From NCBI GenBank assembly GCA_002269645.1, contig NIVC01000010.1:2170001-2234000 (forward strand): a stretch of DNA of 64,000 nt, read 5' to 3'. Of this stretch, positions 33,201 through 43,509 are shown piece by piece. A program made the translations under genes and the position numbers. Source of the DNA: Macrostomum lignano (Eukaryota). Under the pieces are notes generated by a model that was not told the DNA's origin, ran no database searches, and saw only the letters and a program-made list of their open reading frames with translations. Position 1 is the stretch's first letter; each line of letters starts with the position of its first letter.

Positions 33201-36069
33201 AGTCAGCCCCACGTCCCAAGATTCGGGAGAATCACCCCTCATACATACAATCAGGCTTAGTTTCAATAAAAAACAGCCGCCGTAGTCATGGAGACCACTG
33301 AAACAGGATTTGGATGGTGGAAAGCTTTCCGCCTAACAGTTGAATACCTGAGGTCAAAATCAAATGAAATACCCCAGCATCTCTACCTGACCATTCAAAG
33401 CTGCAGAAATCCTGGATTTCATGAAAAGTCTTGAAACCTCAAAAATCCCAATAATCTGAAGGCTGCGTACGGCTGTTCAGTCCAAGGACTGGGGGGTCAC
33501 CACACACATATCTTCAATTACCCCAGGTGATGCTGACACCCATTTTACAGCTGGGTGAACTGAAGCAATGCAGAGTTAAGTGTCTTGCTCAAGGACACAA
33601 ATTGTTCCGATTAGTTAGAGAATCGAACCACCGACCTTTCTGTCGTGAGTTCGACGCTCAGACCACTAGGCTACAACCCACTTTAAAATGGAAATTTAAG
33701 TTTAAAAGATTTAATCATAAATTCGGGTGTTTAGGGGAAATACTCCAAAGTCCAGACCATGCGTTTCCCCTCGGTCTCTTTGGCTCAACTTTGCTCAAGC
33801 CCCACCCCACCTCCCGCCGCCTGCAAACGTCAGATACGCCAGCTAGGCAAGGGTGACTCTGCTCAGCTGTGACGCGGTTAGAAAACTTTTCTTCGGGATT
33901 CCAGGTGGTCTCAAACTCTTCACCCTAGGACTGGATAGAAAGAAAATCGAACCTTTAAGTCCGACTGATTATTCTCTTTCCTTCCTAAATTCCCATGAGT
34001 CACCAAGTGCGAGAGTGTGACGAAGCGCTTTCTAAAAAAAGTTTCAAAATCGATTTAGTTTACTAAATTTTTGAATCAAATAGCTAGGCAACGACAGCAC
34101 TACGTATGCAAGCGCATGCATTGCGCTATATGGGTGGGGCGGGGGAGTTGCTAGAAGGTGACAGCCGGAGTGTGTCGTGGAATTAACGTAGCCACGAAAA
34201 TAAAGTCCGAAAATTAGCCCGCAATGCTTAGTAAATCTTAATTCGGGACTGCTTGCTCCGCAGCGGCTCGAACTGCAGCGCTCACAAGAGATTTACCCTT
34301 GTAGGTACCCTTGTTTCACTTGTAGGTTTTCATTTCTATATACATGTACATACAGGGATACATCTGTGAACATACATGCGCAACAGTCGGCCGATCCGGC
34401 CGACCGATTTGGCGGCCAACCAAGAAAGTCGAAAAAATTCCCACCCGAAAAAATACCAAAGTGTAGTACTAAGTAGCTGACGAGGCATTTTGACTTAATA
34501 AGACAGTCATAGTTACTCCTGCCGTTTATTCAAAGTTGCGTTAATTTTGCGTTGTTTTTTTACAAGTAAGTCGCATTTTTGGCCAAAAACTACGTCGCAT
34601 TTTTGTTAAAACTAAGTCGCATAGCCGACCGAATTTTGGAGGTTGCGCATGTATGTCTGTGAACGACTAATTCATGCATATGTTATGTCGCTTTGTCCCA
34701 TAAATCTTTTTATTAGGACTTAAGACATGCTGTGGCTCATTCGATCTAAGCTACTACGAGCTAGTCTATTACTCAAACATGACAGATTAAATAAAGGAGA
34801 CAAGATTCAAAGATTATTTAGTTGTTGTAAAACAAAAGATGGTTCTACGTATCGAATTTCCCTGTTATCTGCTGTCGGACTAGACTCTGGACTATTGAGG
34901 CATGATTCTTCAGTCCTCTTTAAACAACCTAAATTCCTATTTCATGAACTCCCTCTTTAGCTCAAAATTTGCTAAGCGTACGGAAGAAGAAGCGCATGCT
35001 GCTTCCCTGATCTGAGTTGAAATGTATGTAGCGCTTCAGCATTTTCCAGGCCATTTCCTTTCTAGATTTGATGGATAAGAAATGCATACTTCTCTGAGAG
35101 CCCAACTGCTCTTTAATTATAGTGAATCCCGCAAAGCTCTAACAACGTAACAAGCCTAACTACTGACAGTTTCACACCGGAAACTACTATTAGTAGCGTC
35201 AATGCAAATTGTGTTCCGTGCTAAGCCATGCCTTTCTACACATTCAACTGATGAAAGAGAATGAATCAGTAGAAATCTGTATAGATCAAGAATCCTTCTT
35301 TCAAAAATAAAAACCTAATTCTAACCTTCAATCTCAAGAAAATCATTCTTAAATTTACCATTTACTATTCAATCATTTTCACCAATAAAAGCCAACTATA
35401 AAGGCAAGAGTGTTATTATTACACCTGCCCCAATGTGCAGATGTGCAACCGACAGCTCAGTCGCAGCTATTGCCCGGCGCATCTGAAGGCTGCGTACGGC
35501 TGTTCAGTCCAATGACATTGGGGGGTCGCCATCGCCACACACACCCTCAATTACACCAGCTAATGCTGGCACCCATTTTACAGCTGGGTGAACTGAAGCA
35601 ATGCAGGGTTAAGTATCTTGCTCAAGGACACAGTTGTTCCCAACCAGGTCGAGATTCAAACCCCCGATCTTTCAGTCGTAAGCCCAAGGCTCTAACCACT
35701 AGGCTCCTACTCCCAAGGTCCGAGGATAAACTATAATTATTCACTCCATACTTAAATGATTTAATTTATAGACCTAGCGAGTTAACACCCTTAAGAAAAA
35801 TAAAAAAACAAGATAAAACTCACTGTTTATAGTTGGCCATGGCTTGCAATTTTGAATCGAATGGCAGCTCCTTCTGGTATTGAGCCAGCACACTTGGATC
35901 ATTTAGCAGAGCATCAACAATATTTTCACCTGACAAAGAAAAATTTGAAAATTTGTTTCAGCTAGCCAGAACCATGTTACTAAATAAACAATTATTTATA
36001 AATAATAAATTACAAAGATATTATCTTACCATCCTGAGCTGTAGAATTTTCCTCAATGTGACCTGACAT
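15249..36069 (-). CDS. NAP1: Nucleosome assembly protein 1 (NAP1/NAP1L1-4 family), at least 8 coding exons; terminal exon unresolved
   Basis: Exons 36069-36030, 35929-35824, 30450-30204, 29495-28994, 26685-26663, 22595-22479, 16796-16776 and 15308-15249. All introns are GT-AG and all phases are consistent (1,2,0,1,0,0,0), giving 372 aa so far. NAP1 motifs: LPEPVKRRVRALKKLQ, GVPGFWLTALKN, FHFSPNEYFSNSMLTKHY, ADSFFNFF, DFEIGHFLRERVIPRAVLYFTGE, and an acidic tail. The last exon is probably within about 14770-15200. Confidence 0.93.
15559..15834. mobile_element. MITE with TATAGTCTATGGT termini
   Basis: 13-bp perfect inverted ends TATAGTCTATGGT / ACCATAGACTATA plus subterminal TTGACTGT / ACAGTCAA. 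The CCATAGAC motif recurs near 41100-41300 and 58290-58440. Confidence 0.6.
15907..16153. mobile_element. MITE family C (14-bp TIR, 8-bp TSD; hAT/P-like), copy 1
   Basis: TIR CACACATGCGCAAC / GTTGCGCATGTGTG, perfect TSD CAAAACAA. The internal sequence is homologous to 34371-34655. Confidence 0.9.
17452..20571 (-). CDS. GRIK: Ionotropic glutamate receptor, kainate-type, 1039 aa, intronless CDS, nested in NAP1 intron 6
   Basis: Signal peptide and ATD. S1 (GFCIDM, EWNGMV, TITYEREKAIDFTKPF), M1, pore NSFWFTVGTLMQQG, SYTANLAAFLT, S2 (GGSTETFF, FLMESAMIEY, KGYG), M4, C-terminus KETVA. The sequence resembles the kainate class more than AMPA/NMDA. Confidence 0.95.
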   Translation of the reverse strand: MNWLSPTLLALVVAAHLTATAAAAASCPVHKTKLRLGAIFGSGIEELRKRNALHYALASMSRRYSNNDSTIFCRHDLLPIVTMLAEGEDSFQANQAVCRMLEAGALALIGPHHACATSEYFASMATATQTPQLDLRPMISAQESASNAAHGFVLNLYPSLDHISLSVIAAIDYFKWQDVLIVYENDESLFRLERILRNRHETRALYFRIKRYLASQVYSLLSEIDSAGWCTMVLDLSLEATAHFLRAATNRGLMNRRYHYILANLDAMTLDLEDYRHNHVNLTAFRVVPGNWTHYNSVLADMRDWSNKQRLVNPDGVLLTRGGQMTLGAALIYDAVQVLASALASLSLSRHIKPPLGPSCDALMSFNGTAGEHNNALRSPFGGSLMNYLHSVDLRNGLTGQLRFDSKKSRQAVSFDLYHLKANGPVRFANWTPRHGLQVFSEPYDLAVVYPLKNKVLRVVALAAKPFIWVKREYHNRYLINGHIRPDVEFHRQHLEGFCIDMMELIANRTGMDWVIYRSPDDKYGICVELPCDKNKQTKQLESSSASRDQASGSVATENSGCNCEWNGMVRELIDGRADIALGSFTITYEREKAIDFTKPFMNLGISILFKKPKGEKPGLFSFLNPLAVEIWLYVVAAYLLVTLMIYALARFSPYEWVSPHPCDEDIGYLVNSFSLSNSFWFTVGTLMQQGSNINPRAVSTRIVAGIWWFFTLIIISSYTANLAAFLTVERMVSPIESADDLSKQTAIEYGVLAGGSTETFFETSHIETYARMAKYMRSRQHLKTATTMEAIERVKRGGYAFLMESAMIEYHIERQCNLVQIGGLIDSKGYGLGIRPNREELRDELTLKILELQRDQQLQALKNKWWKETGTCRGKDPQETTASELGMHNVGGIFVVLVCGLLLAVFVAVVEFVWNTRKNAEAAADEGRSLWSEMSSELRFSLNCYGSSRRRRHHRRQRGQVVDSTVADAVEYNDEDNDDVDDDFDYPVGGEGAAEFDRHASLGRLPERRNGGEGGSGSGGGGGRSGGRTVFYYKETVA
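21490..22262. repeat. 22-nt minisatellite
   Basis: Unit GCTGTAGGATACTGTAAGAAGT, about 35 copies, in NAP1 intron 6 upstream of the iGluR. Confidence 0.95.
22935..23560. repeat. 27-nt minisatellite with an 81-nt (3-mer) higher-order part
   Basis: Monomer CTAACACCCCAAACAGACTGACCCTAT. Trimeric blocks repeat at about 22955-23200. Confidence 0.9.
24420..25815. repeat. 18-nt purine-rich minisatellite
   Basis: Unit GGAGAACCACAGGAGAGA, grading into GGAGAACCAAGAGGAGAGA. It is the source of the 476-510 aa pseudo-ORFs. Confidence 0.95.
26935..28950. repeat. 23-nt minisatellite (about 2 kb)
   Basis: Unit AATCTATCAGAAATCAACAAGTC, highly homogeneous, fills most of NAP1 intron 4. Confidence 0.95.
29525..30180. 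repeat. Degenerate 13-nt tandem repeat
   Basis: GGGGATTTCTAGT-like units fill NAP1 intron 3. Confidence 0.85.
30480..31200. repeat. 28-nt minisatellite
   Basis: Unit AATTTGAGAGGCGATTTTTATGGGGATT, abutting the NAP1 exon 3 acceptor. Confidence 0.95.
31854..31945 (+). mobile_element. hAT (Charlie-type) terminal fragment
   Basis: CAGGGGCCGGCAAACTTCGGCCCGCG...ATCCGGCCCGC is the typical Charlie-type 5' end. No convincing partner end was found. Confidence 0.55.
31955..32830. repeat. About 23-nt CT-rich minisatellite
   Basis: Unit CTCACTCCCTTCTCTCTTCTCTC. Confidence 0.9.
33455..33675 (-). mobile_element. CORE-type tRNA SINE (family B)
   Basis: The minus strand reads TGTAGCCTAGTGG (A box) and GGTTCGATTC (B box), then GTGTCCTTGAGCAAGACACTTAACTC...CAGCTGTAAAATGGG, which resembles the MIR/CORE domain. 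Confidence 0.8.
34371..34655. mobile_element. MITE family C, copy 2
   Basis: TIR CATACATGCGCAAC / GTTGCGCATGTATG, perfect 8-bp TSD TCTGTGAA. Confidence 0.9.
35481..35706 (-). mobile_element. CORE-type tRNA SINE (family B), second intact copy
   Basis: Homologous to 33455-33675. Confidence 0.8.
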
Positions 36070-36799
36070 TGTGATCTACTTGAATATTATATTTTCTATT
36101 TAGATTATCATGAATGTTTTCAGAAATAGTTAAAAATACTACTACTTAGAAAGTAATACACAGAAAAATTAATAATTATATACATTTATAGTTTACAAAG
36201 GTATGTCTATATGTGTGCCTATTATTATACTAGAAATAATAAAGATAGTTATTATTTTATACTAATTGAAAATATAACTGATATCTGAAAAGTGGAAAAA
36301 TATAAAGAAATACTACTAGTATCTGTATGCAAAATTTTAGCAATGCATTTAGTATGTCAAGATGTTCAACATTTTTATATTATAATTTATACATGAAGTC
36401 TTCAAATTAGCCTATTTACTATGCTTGTATTTACTTGACAATTTACAATATTATTTATTATATGCATGGTAATATTTTTTTACTATCTAAATATTCATTC
36501 AATTATAATATATGTATAAATGTATAAATAAAATGAATACATGTAAAAAATACATAAACAAGCTGTTGAAACCTGCGGATTTTGAACCTAGGGAATTCCA
36601 ATCCCCGGAACTACTTTTGCATGTATTCTGAAATCTAAGGCCATACACAAACAAAAACTTGTTAATAGTTAGTAGGATAGAGGTAGACATAAAATGGAGC
36701 ACATTTGTGTAAAATTAGGGTTTGAGACATTGTTGGCTGGGGTACTGCGCAGAATGTCAGGCAATGTCTGTCTGACTCTAAAATATATATTGCTAAACT

Positions 36800-37440
36800 C
36801 TGGTCTCTCCCTGACTCTCCCTACTTCCCTTGGATCCTTTAAAATTTCTATCATCTCTTTGTTTCCTCTCATCTCTCTTGTCCCTCGTCTCTCATCTCTC
36901 CTCTCCCCTCTTCTCTCATATCTTCCCTCATCTCTCTTCTCTTTCATCTCTCTTATCTCATCTCTTGTCTCTTCTTTTCTCTCTCCTCTCCTCTCTCCTC
37001 TCTTATCTTCCTTCTCCTTTCTTCTTTTCTCTTTTCTTCCCTTTTCTATACTCTGTCTCCCTCTCTTCTCTCACTCCACTCTCCTCTCTCCGTTATCTCT
37101 CATCTCATTTCTCATCTCTTCTTCCACCTCTCTCATCTCTACAACCTTAGAGATGTAGAGATGTATCTTTATCTCTACTCTCTTCCCTTTACTCTCTCAT
37201 CTCTTCTTTCATCTGTTTCCTCTCTGCTCTCCTCTCTGCTGTCTCCTCTCTCCTCTCATCTGCAGCTCTCTGCTCTCTCATCTCTACTCTCTCCTCTCGC
37301 TTTTCCTCTTTCCCCATCTTCTCCCCCTCTCTCTCTCATCGTCCTCACCCCCTCATCTCTCCTATTATCTTTTATCTTTTCTTTTATCCCCTCTGTCGCC
37401 TCTCCTCTCTTCGAATCATCTATTCCTTCTTCTTTCCACT
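36800..37440. repeat. CT-rich low-complexity tract
   Basis: Nearly pure pyrimidine on the plus strand. It produces Leu/Ser-rich pseudo-ORFs. Confidence 0.85.
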
Positions 37441-37999
37441 TTCAACTGCCCTTCAGCTATGAGCTGGATTCTTTATCTGGCCTTTGAGGTAAAAGTCTGC
37501 CTATCCCTGCTTGGAAAGCCAGTTTGTGGGACATAGTACTCTCATGGTTGTTCTCATGCTTTGATCACGTCATATTTCTTGCCAATTTGCAGCCCTGAAA
37601 GGAATTTGTGTATCTTCAGCTCCACTGCAGTCTGCATCAGTCTAACAACCAAGGAAATACGCATTTCTTAGGAGGCCATTTAATATTTACACAGTACCTT
37701 TAAAAGAAACCTAAAATTTCCATGGTGTGCCTAATTTAGTGGGGTTGTATTGCATTGCATAGCATCGCCTTTTCATAAATCTTTCACTTTTACAAACCAT
37801 GCTGGATAGTAGATTCCCTCGATTTGCCAATTGCCATCTAGTGTTAAACTGCTGCAGAGTTTGCCAATACAGAGGGGAGGGCAGTGGTTAGAATTTCTCA
37901 CTAAACTGTTATGGCTAACGTAGCCTTTCCACTCTCGGGGTGCAGAGAAGGCTATAAATAAAGTTATTCCAAAACACTGTACATTTGCTATGTACATTC

Positions 38000-38673
38000 A
38001 GTCCTATCGCCTGACCCTTCGTCTGGCTCTGGGGGAATGAGTGAGTGAGTGGCACAAACAACAGAAAAAGCAGACAAACTTCACATGCTTACAGTTTCTT
38101 TTTCGGTTGGGTTACAGAGTTGAAACTTTACATTTAGACAGAGAATGAGTCAATGAAGAATTGTGTCAGGTTTGAAGTCAATCGCTTTACGTGGAGCAAA
38201 CTTCTGGCAGCTGAAAGTTAGTCAATTTTGAAACCCTTTTACACATCTGGGCCCAGATCGGGAAAGAGAGGCAGGCAGGCAGAGGTTGGGGTGGTTGCTA
38301 CACTGAAAAAACAGCCTAACTTTAAAAGTGCACAGCACTGCTCAGGATTAACTTTGAAACTCTAAATTTTACATGATTGTGCCAAAATAGTTTAAGATTA
38401 TCTGTGTAAAATTTGAAGAGAATCGGTAGAAGTGGAGCGGCGCTATGAAGGATTAAGTGAAAAAATTGCACATTTTGAGCAGTTTTTTGTACTTTTAGGC
38501 ATGAAGACTTGAGTCTAGGAAATTTAAAGGTAGCCTTTAGAAATTCTCTATAGTAAGTTTAGGGTGGGTGTAAAGTTTGGTGTCATTTGGTTGAGCGGTT
38601 TGGGAGTCCATAGCAAAGTAATTTGTCCACAGACAGACAGACAGACAGAGTTTTGATTTTTATATGTAGAGAT
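38000..38673 (-). mobile_element. Non-autonomous Helitron/Helentron-like element
   Basis: The minus strand begins ATCTCTACATATAAAAATCAAAACTCTGTCTGTCTGTCTG (TC start plus GTCT microsatellite) and ends near a degenerate GC hairpin with a CGAAG loop (about 38000-38030). Boundaries are approximate. Confidence 0.45.
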
Positions 38674-39589
38674 AAAATATCATTCTATAAGATTATGAAC
38701 TATATGCTATATGTGCACTTATTTGGAATTTAATTACATTATAATATATACATACTTATTTATGGTAAATGAATAATATTACTTATATAAATATACTATA
38801 AGTAAAGTATATATAATATAGATATCATATATGTCCCATTTATATTCTATAGTCTAAAGTTAAAATTATATATAATAAATATAGAAAAAATTTTGGTATT
38901 CTTTTGTTTTACAATATCTATAGCCCAATTGATTACTTGCATCAATTTCATTATACAAGACCCAATGCTCAATAAAAAAAGTAATTGAAATTGAAATTAA
39001 AACAAGTGAGCAAATTGCAAAAATCTTCATTTAGCATACTAGAGCACAATGCCTATATTCACTTTTATTCTGGGGTTTTTTCCTCAAAATTGTTATGCCA
39101 TTTGGCATTGGCATAATGGCATCAAAATTGTTAAGCCATTTTCAATTTTGACATGCCATTGGCATTGCCATTGGCATAAAATGTAAAATAGCACTTTGAG
39201 CCTAGCCCATATTAGTGTTTCCTTTCAGGTTCAAATAGAAGTGATAATAGCTTGCCAGATTGGCAAATTTAAAAGCAAAACTCTAATTTAGAACTGGGGA
39301 TTCAGCATTGGCAATTTGGCAATGGCATAATGGCAAAAATTATTATGCGATTTTGGCATAATAGCATCAAAATCATTATGCCATTGTTAATTTTGACATG
39401 TTATGGCATGCCTATAACACAAAAAACGCAGCTTTTATTATATGATACCCTTAATGGAAAATTTGTTAACAATGCATTATAAAATGAAACTAAAAGTAAG
39501 GGGGAGACAAAAATGAGGGAGAATAAGAATTAGATATAGCCATGCAAAAATCCTAAAATTGTAGTTTACTAGAGCATATTCAAGGCGGG

Positions 39590-39966
39590 CAGTGGCAGCG
39601 CAGGGGGGGGGGGCAGGGGGGCGGGCTGCCCCCGGGTGACCACCCCTCACCACCCTTAGGGGGTGACCACCCCCAGGGGGTGACCACCCACTTAAAAAAA
39701 TTGGTACGATGGAACCTATAGGACAATCATTGGGCCATCTAAAGACTGAAAGTATTTGATTGTCTGTAAAGTATTTTTACTATGTGCTTGAAAGTATTTA
39801 CATAATTACATTTAATTATTGAAGAGTTAAGGATCTTAGATCAACTTTAATGATAATTTTTTTTGATAATTTTTTCTGGGGGTGACTACCCAGCCAGGGG
39901 GAGGGGTGACCACCCAACCACCGCCCCCCCCCCAGCTGGAGGTCCTCAGGTCCTGCGCCGCCACTG
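39590..39966. mobile_element. hAT-like MITE (CAGTGGC termini)
   Basis: TIR CAGTGGCAGCGCAGG / CCTGCGCCGCCACTG, TSD AAGGCGGG / AGGGCGGG (7 of 8). Confidence 0.85.
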
Positions 39967-41826
39967 AGGGCGGGGTTTTCACAAACTCAAAATTTCACAA
40001 GCAAAACAAGCTAAACAATCACTACCCAAAATCAAACTTATAGTACTAGATATTTTGCTATACTAATAGTTAGAAGTTAGGATGATGCTATTTTAAAGGA
40101 AATTTTCCCATATGCCTGCATTAGGCCTAGTATAAATGGATTTCTAACTCTAAATTCTAGTACTAAAAGCACAAGGAATAGGATAAATTTACAAAATTCA
40201 TATTATATAATATTCTAAAGCCAGCCTAGCCTACTAAGTGTGCCAGCTTCTTTCACTTTCAGTGCAAAGGGTGAATGCTATTGATTAGGTGGGCCATCTC
40301 TTGGCACAGACTGCAAAAAGGTTTTTCCCGCAATTCATCATCGTGATAGATATCATCTGACATCCATAGGCCCTAGCATATTAATTAATGTCTAGTGAAA
40401 ATAATTTTAAGTTTTGGCATGGACTACTGTCTACTCAGTCAAAGTATTAAGTAGTCCTTGACTTTTGGTTTATAAGATGCATAAGAATACACATTTGCAA
40501 CACTAAGTTGTAAGACTTTTGTTCTTAAAGACACTCGAAAAAAATTCAAACCATAACAAGCTACAGCTTTACTTAAAAAAAGTAGACTCTGCGCACTCGA
40601 GCTCCTTCAAGCCTTCAAGTTTCGATTTGATTTGATTTTCAAATGGTTTCTTCGAAATAGAACAATTCAAGTATTGTGCCCTAATGTTGAAACAAAATTC
40701 ATTATTGTAGAAACTATATTTTGCAAATTAATAATATTTAAACAATTAGGAAACTTTTTTTATTTTTATTGCGCTTCATATTCGTGAAATAAACAAAATA
40801 GCTCAGTGATTTGAGTTCTCAGTCTATGGTGAATATGAACTCTGAGCTGGGATTTGCAATCGCACTAAACTGAACGGATTAAAAACCAAATAGAAAACAA
40901 GACGTTTAAACTGTTCTAAGCAGTTCTGCAACATAATTTCAAGGACATAGAGCATAAATATGTACCTGAAAATTATAGTATCCTACTTCTAATTCTTAAG
41001 AAAATTCGTAAAAATACATGTAAAATTCTGCAGCCTATCAGAATTGGTCTCTGGGCCATAAGGCGAAGACGAGGCCTAGAAGCGCAGTCTGAAGTCGATC
41101 TAGGCCATAGACAACGAAATCAAGTGGGGATTATAATATTTAATTGCCGCAGCCAGCGGAAGGAAATGAGACTAAGCCTCGGTCATAGACTATTGGCTAT
41201 AAGCTCTATAAAGCCGAATATTCTGTGTAAGATCTTGGCCTCCAAGAAACGCCTGATGGGAGTGTCAACTCATTTGAAAGAATGTTTTTAGCCATAGACA
41301 ATATTTCTTGGAGTCCACGAAATGAAAATACACAAAGGAGCTGAGATAGGCAGCTGGCCGGGCCAAAGCGGGGATTAAAATCCTCAGCAAGGGAAATCAT
41401 TTTAGTATATAGGATTTGGGCAGCTTTGCGATCGATCGGTGCTGATAGTTGGAAAGCATTTAATGAAAGTAAACCGCTGTAAATAGCAAAAAAACAAAAC
41501 TTTAAACAATTAATAGTTAACTGTAGAGGGCAATAAGAAGCTCGCAAACAATCTGGATTGGATCAGATCCATCATCATTAAAAAAATTCAGCTACTTCAA
41601 TACCGGTGCATCTACACAAGGCCGTGGTTTAGCCACAGCCGCAATTGAAAGTATATATCCGGGTCCTAACTGCTGCGTCACCAGCATCGCGCTAAAACGC
41701 AGTATGTAAAATACTGTACAAAAGAGCTCAATTAATTTTTTGTAAACTGTCTGCCCAAATGTATATCAACTTGGGGTCAAGTTGTCTTGTCAAACCCAAG
41801 GACAACTGAAGTTACGTTATATAATA

Positions 41827-41950
41827 TAGTTGTCCTTTAGTTGTCCTATAGTTGTCCTATAGTTGTCCTATAGTTGTCCTATAGTTGTCCTATAGTTGTC
41901 CTATAGTTGTCCTATAGTTGTCCTTATATACGTTATATAGTTGTCCTTGG
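41827..41950. repeat. 11-nt tandem repeat (TAGTTGTCCTA)n
   Basis: About 8 direct copies plus degenerate flanks. Confidence 0.85.
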
Positions 41951-43509
41951 TCAAACCTCGTACATATACACATGTAAATGCAAATTTTTAGAGCATATCG
42001 AGAAGTACATGTATTCCATTTTCCAATTAAAAGGTACTTTTATATTGATCGTAAAAAGCGATAGTTGCTCTGATCGAGTTGTTTATTCTAGTAGACAAAT
42101 AGATTACCTAGCTGGGGCTTACTTACCAGATAGTGTTCTCACACTCGTCTACACCTGATCAGACAAATTATCCTTTTTTCCTTCCATAATTCTCCAACCC
42201 CATGCACATCACTTTCCATAGTGCTTCTCAACAATCCCCTTCGCTTTAGCACTTTGCATTACTTCCGGTCTATCTTCGCGTTCTAACAATTGCAAGTACC
42301 GCATCGTCGTCTCGATCTGTCCTCTACGAGCAATCTTGAAAACCCCACTTTACCTCAAGCTACGGTCGAAGTATCTAATTTTTTCCTGAAAGCTACAGTA
42401 CATGAACATGTATGTCAGATGAAGATAGAGGTAATGGAGCAGTAGGGAGTTCAAATTTCACACCGAAATATAGCAGATGTTCTACAGAGATTCAACATGC
42501 ATGTACACACTGCTGTAAATCATTTATGCACATTTGCACGAACGTATGTCGAATGTAAGATGTCATAACTACTATTGATAGTAAGGTAATGATTTACTCC
42601 ACCTCAACATTGAAGGCATAGATTGATGTACTTTATGAATTTGCTGAGCAAAACTATTACATTTCAATGTATTATCCATCGACCTAATTGCAATAATATC
42701 AAAATCAATGGCTTATATTCCCTTTGACAGCTAGGGTAGTGAATTTGAACGCAGTGGTCCGTCACAAAAGCATTAAACTAGTAAGTGCAGAGCGAAGTTA
42801 CATTATTGACCAAATTGCGAATAAGATACGCGCAGGCAATATGTTAATGAGTACGAGAGGTGTACGAGCGTATATGCCACTGGAGTAAAGGAATACAGAA
42901 CAGCTATTTTGTCACGACTGTGGTATCCTTGAGAGCCGCAGACGTAAAGACAGGCACATACAGACACACACACACACACACACAATCACGCACCGGGCAC
43001 TTGTTGGTACGGTATACAATGGTGGGCACTTATTTTGCAATTTTTTTTGACACACGAAAACACACACATACACACAGTGCAATGACCTATTAAGTATTTT
43101 TAGCATTTAAATGATGAAAAAAAGCATACATTGAAATAAAAAAGCACGTCCCATACTAATAGTATGATCTATTGAAAGTGAAGGAATAGCATATCATCGT
43201 GTAACAATATTGTCCTCAGTCCAGCGAATTCAGCATTACTTGAAATACAAAAGGCTTCGTTAAAGCCAATCCGCATAAAGGAAAAACTAGTTATAAGCAG
43301 TCAATTTACCTTTACCTTTACTAATACGCTATAATGCTGTACGCAATATGCCTGACTAATATGAATAAAAAATTCAATTACACTTGCGCTTAGGAAAAAA
43401 CCTAAAATTGACAGTGAAACTGAAAAACTGAAACGCAGAGATTAGTTAAGCAGATTAAACAACAAATTCCGGTCCAGTGAGAAAACAGGAGTCTCGTTAT
43501 TTAGAGCAC

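Noticed and set aside
42110-42360. Possible exon or short ORF (MRYLQLLERED...) with a GTAAGT donor on the minus strand
   Set aside because: It is only 31 codons with no recognisable homology. It may be an untranslated upstream exon but is unsupported.
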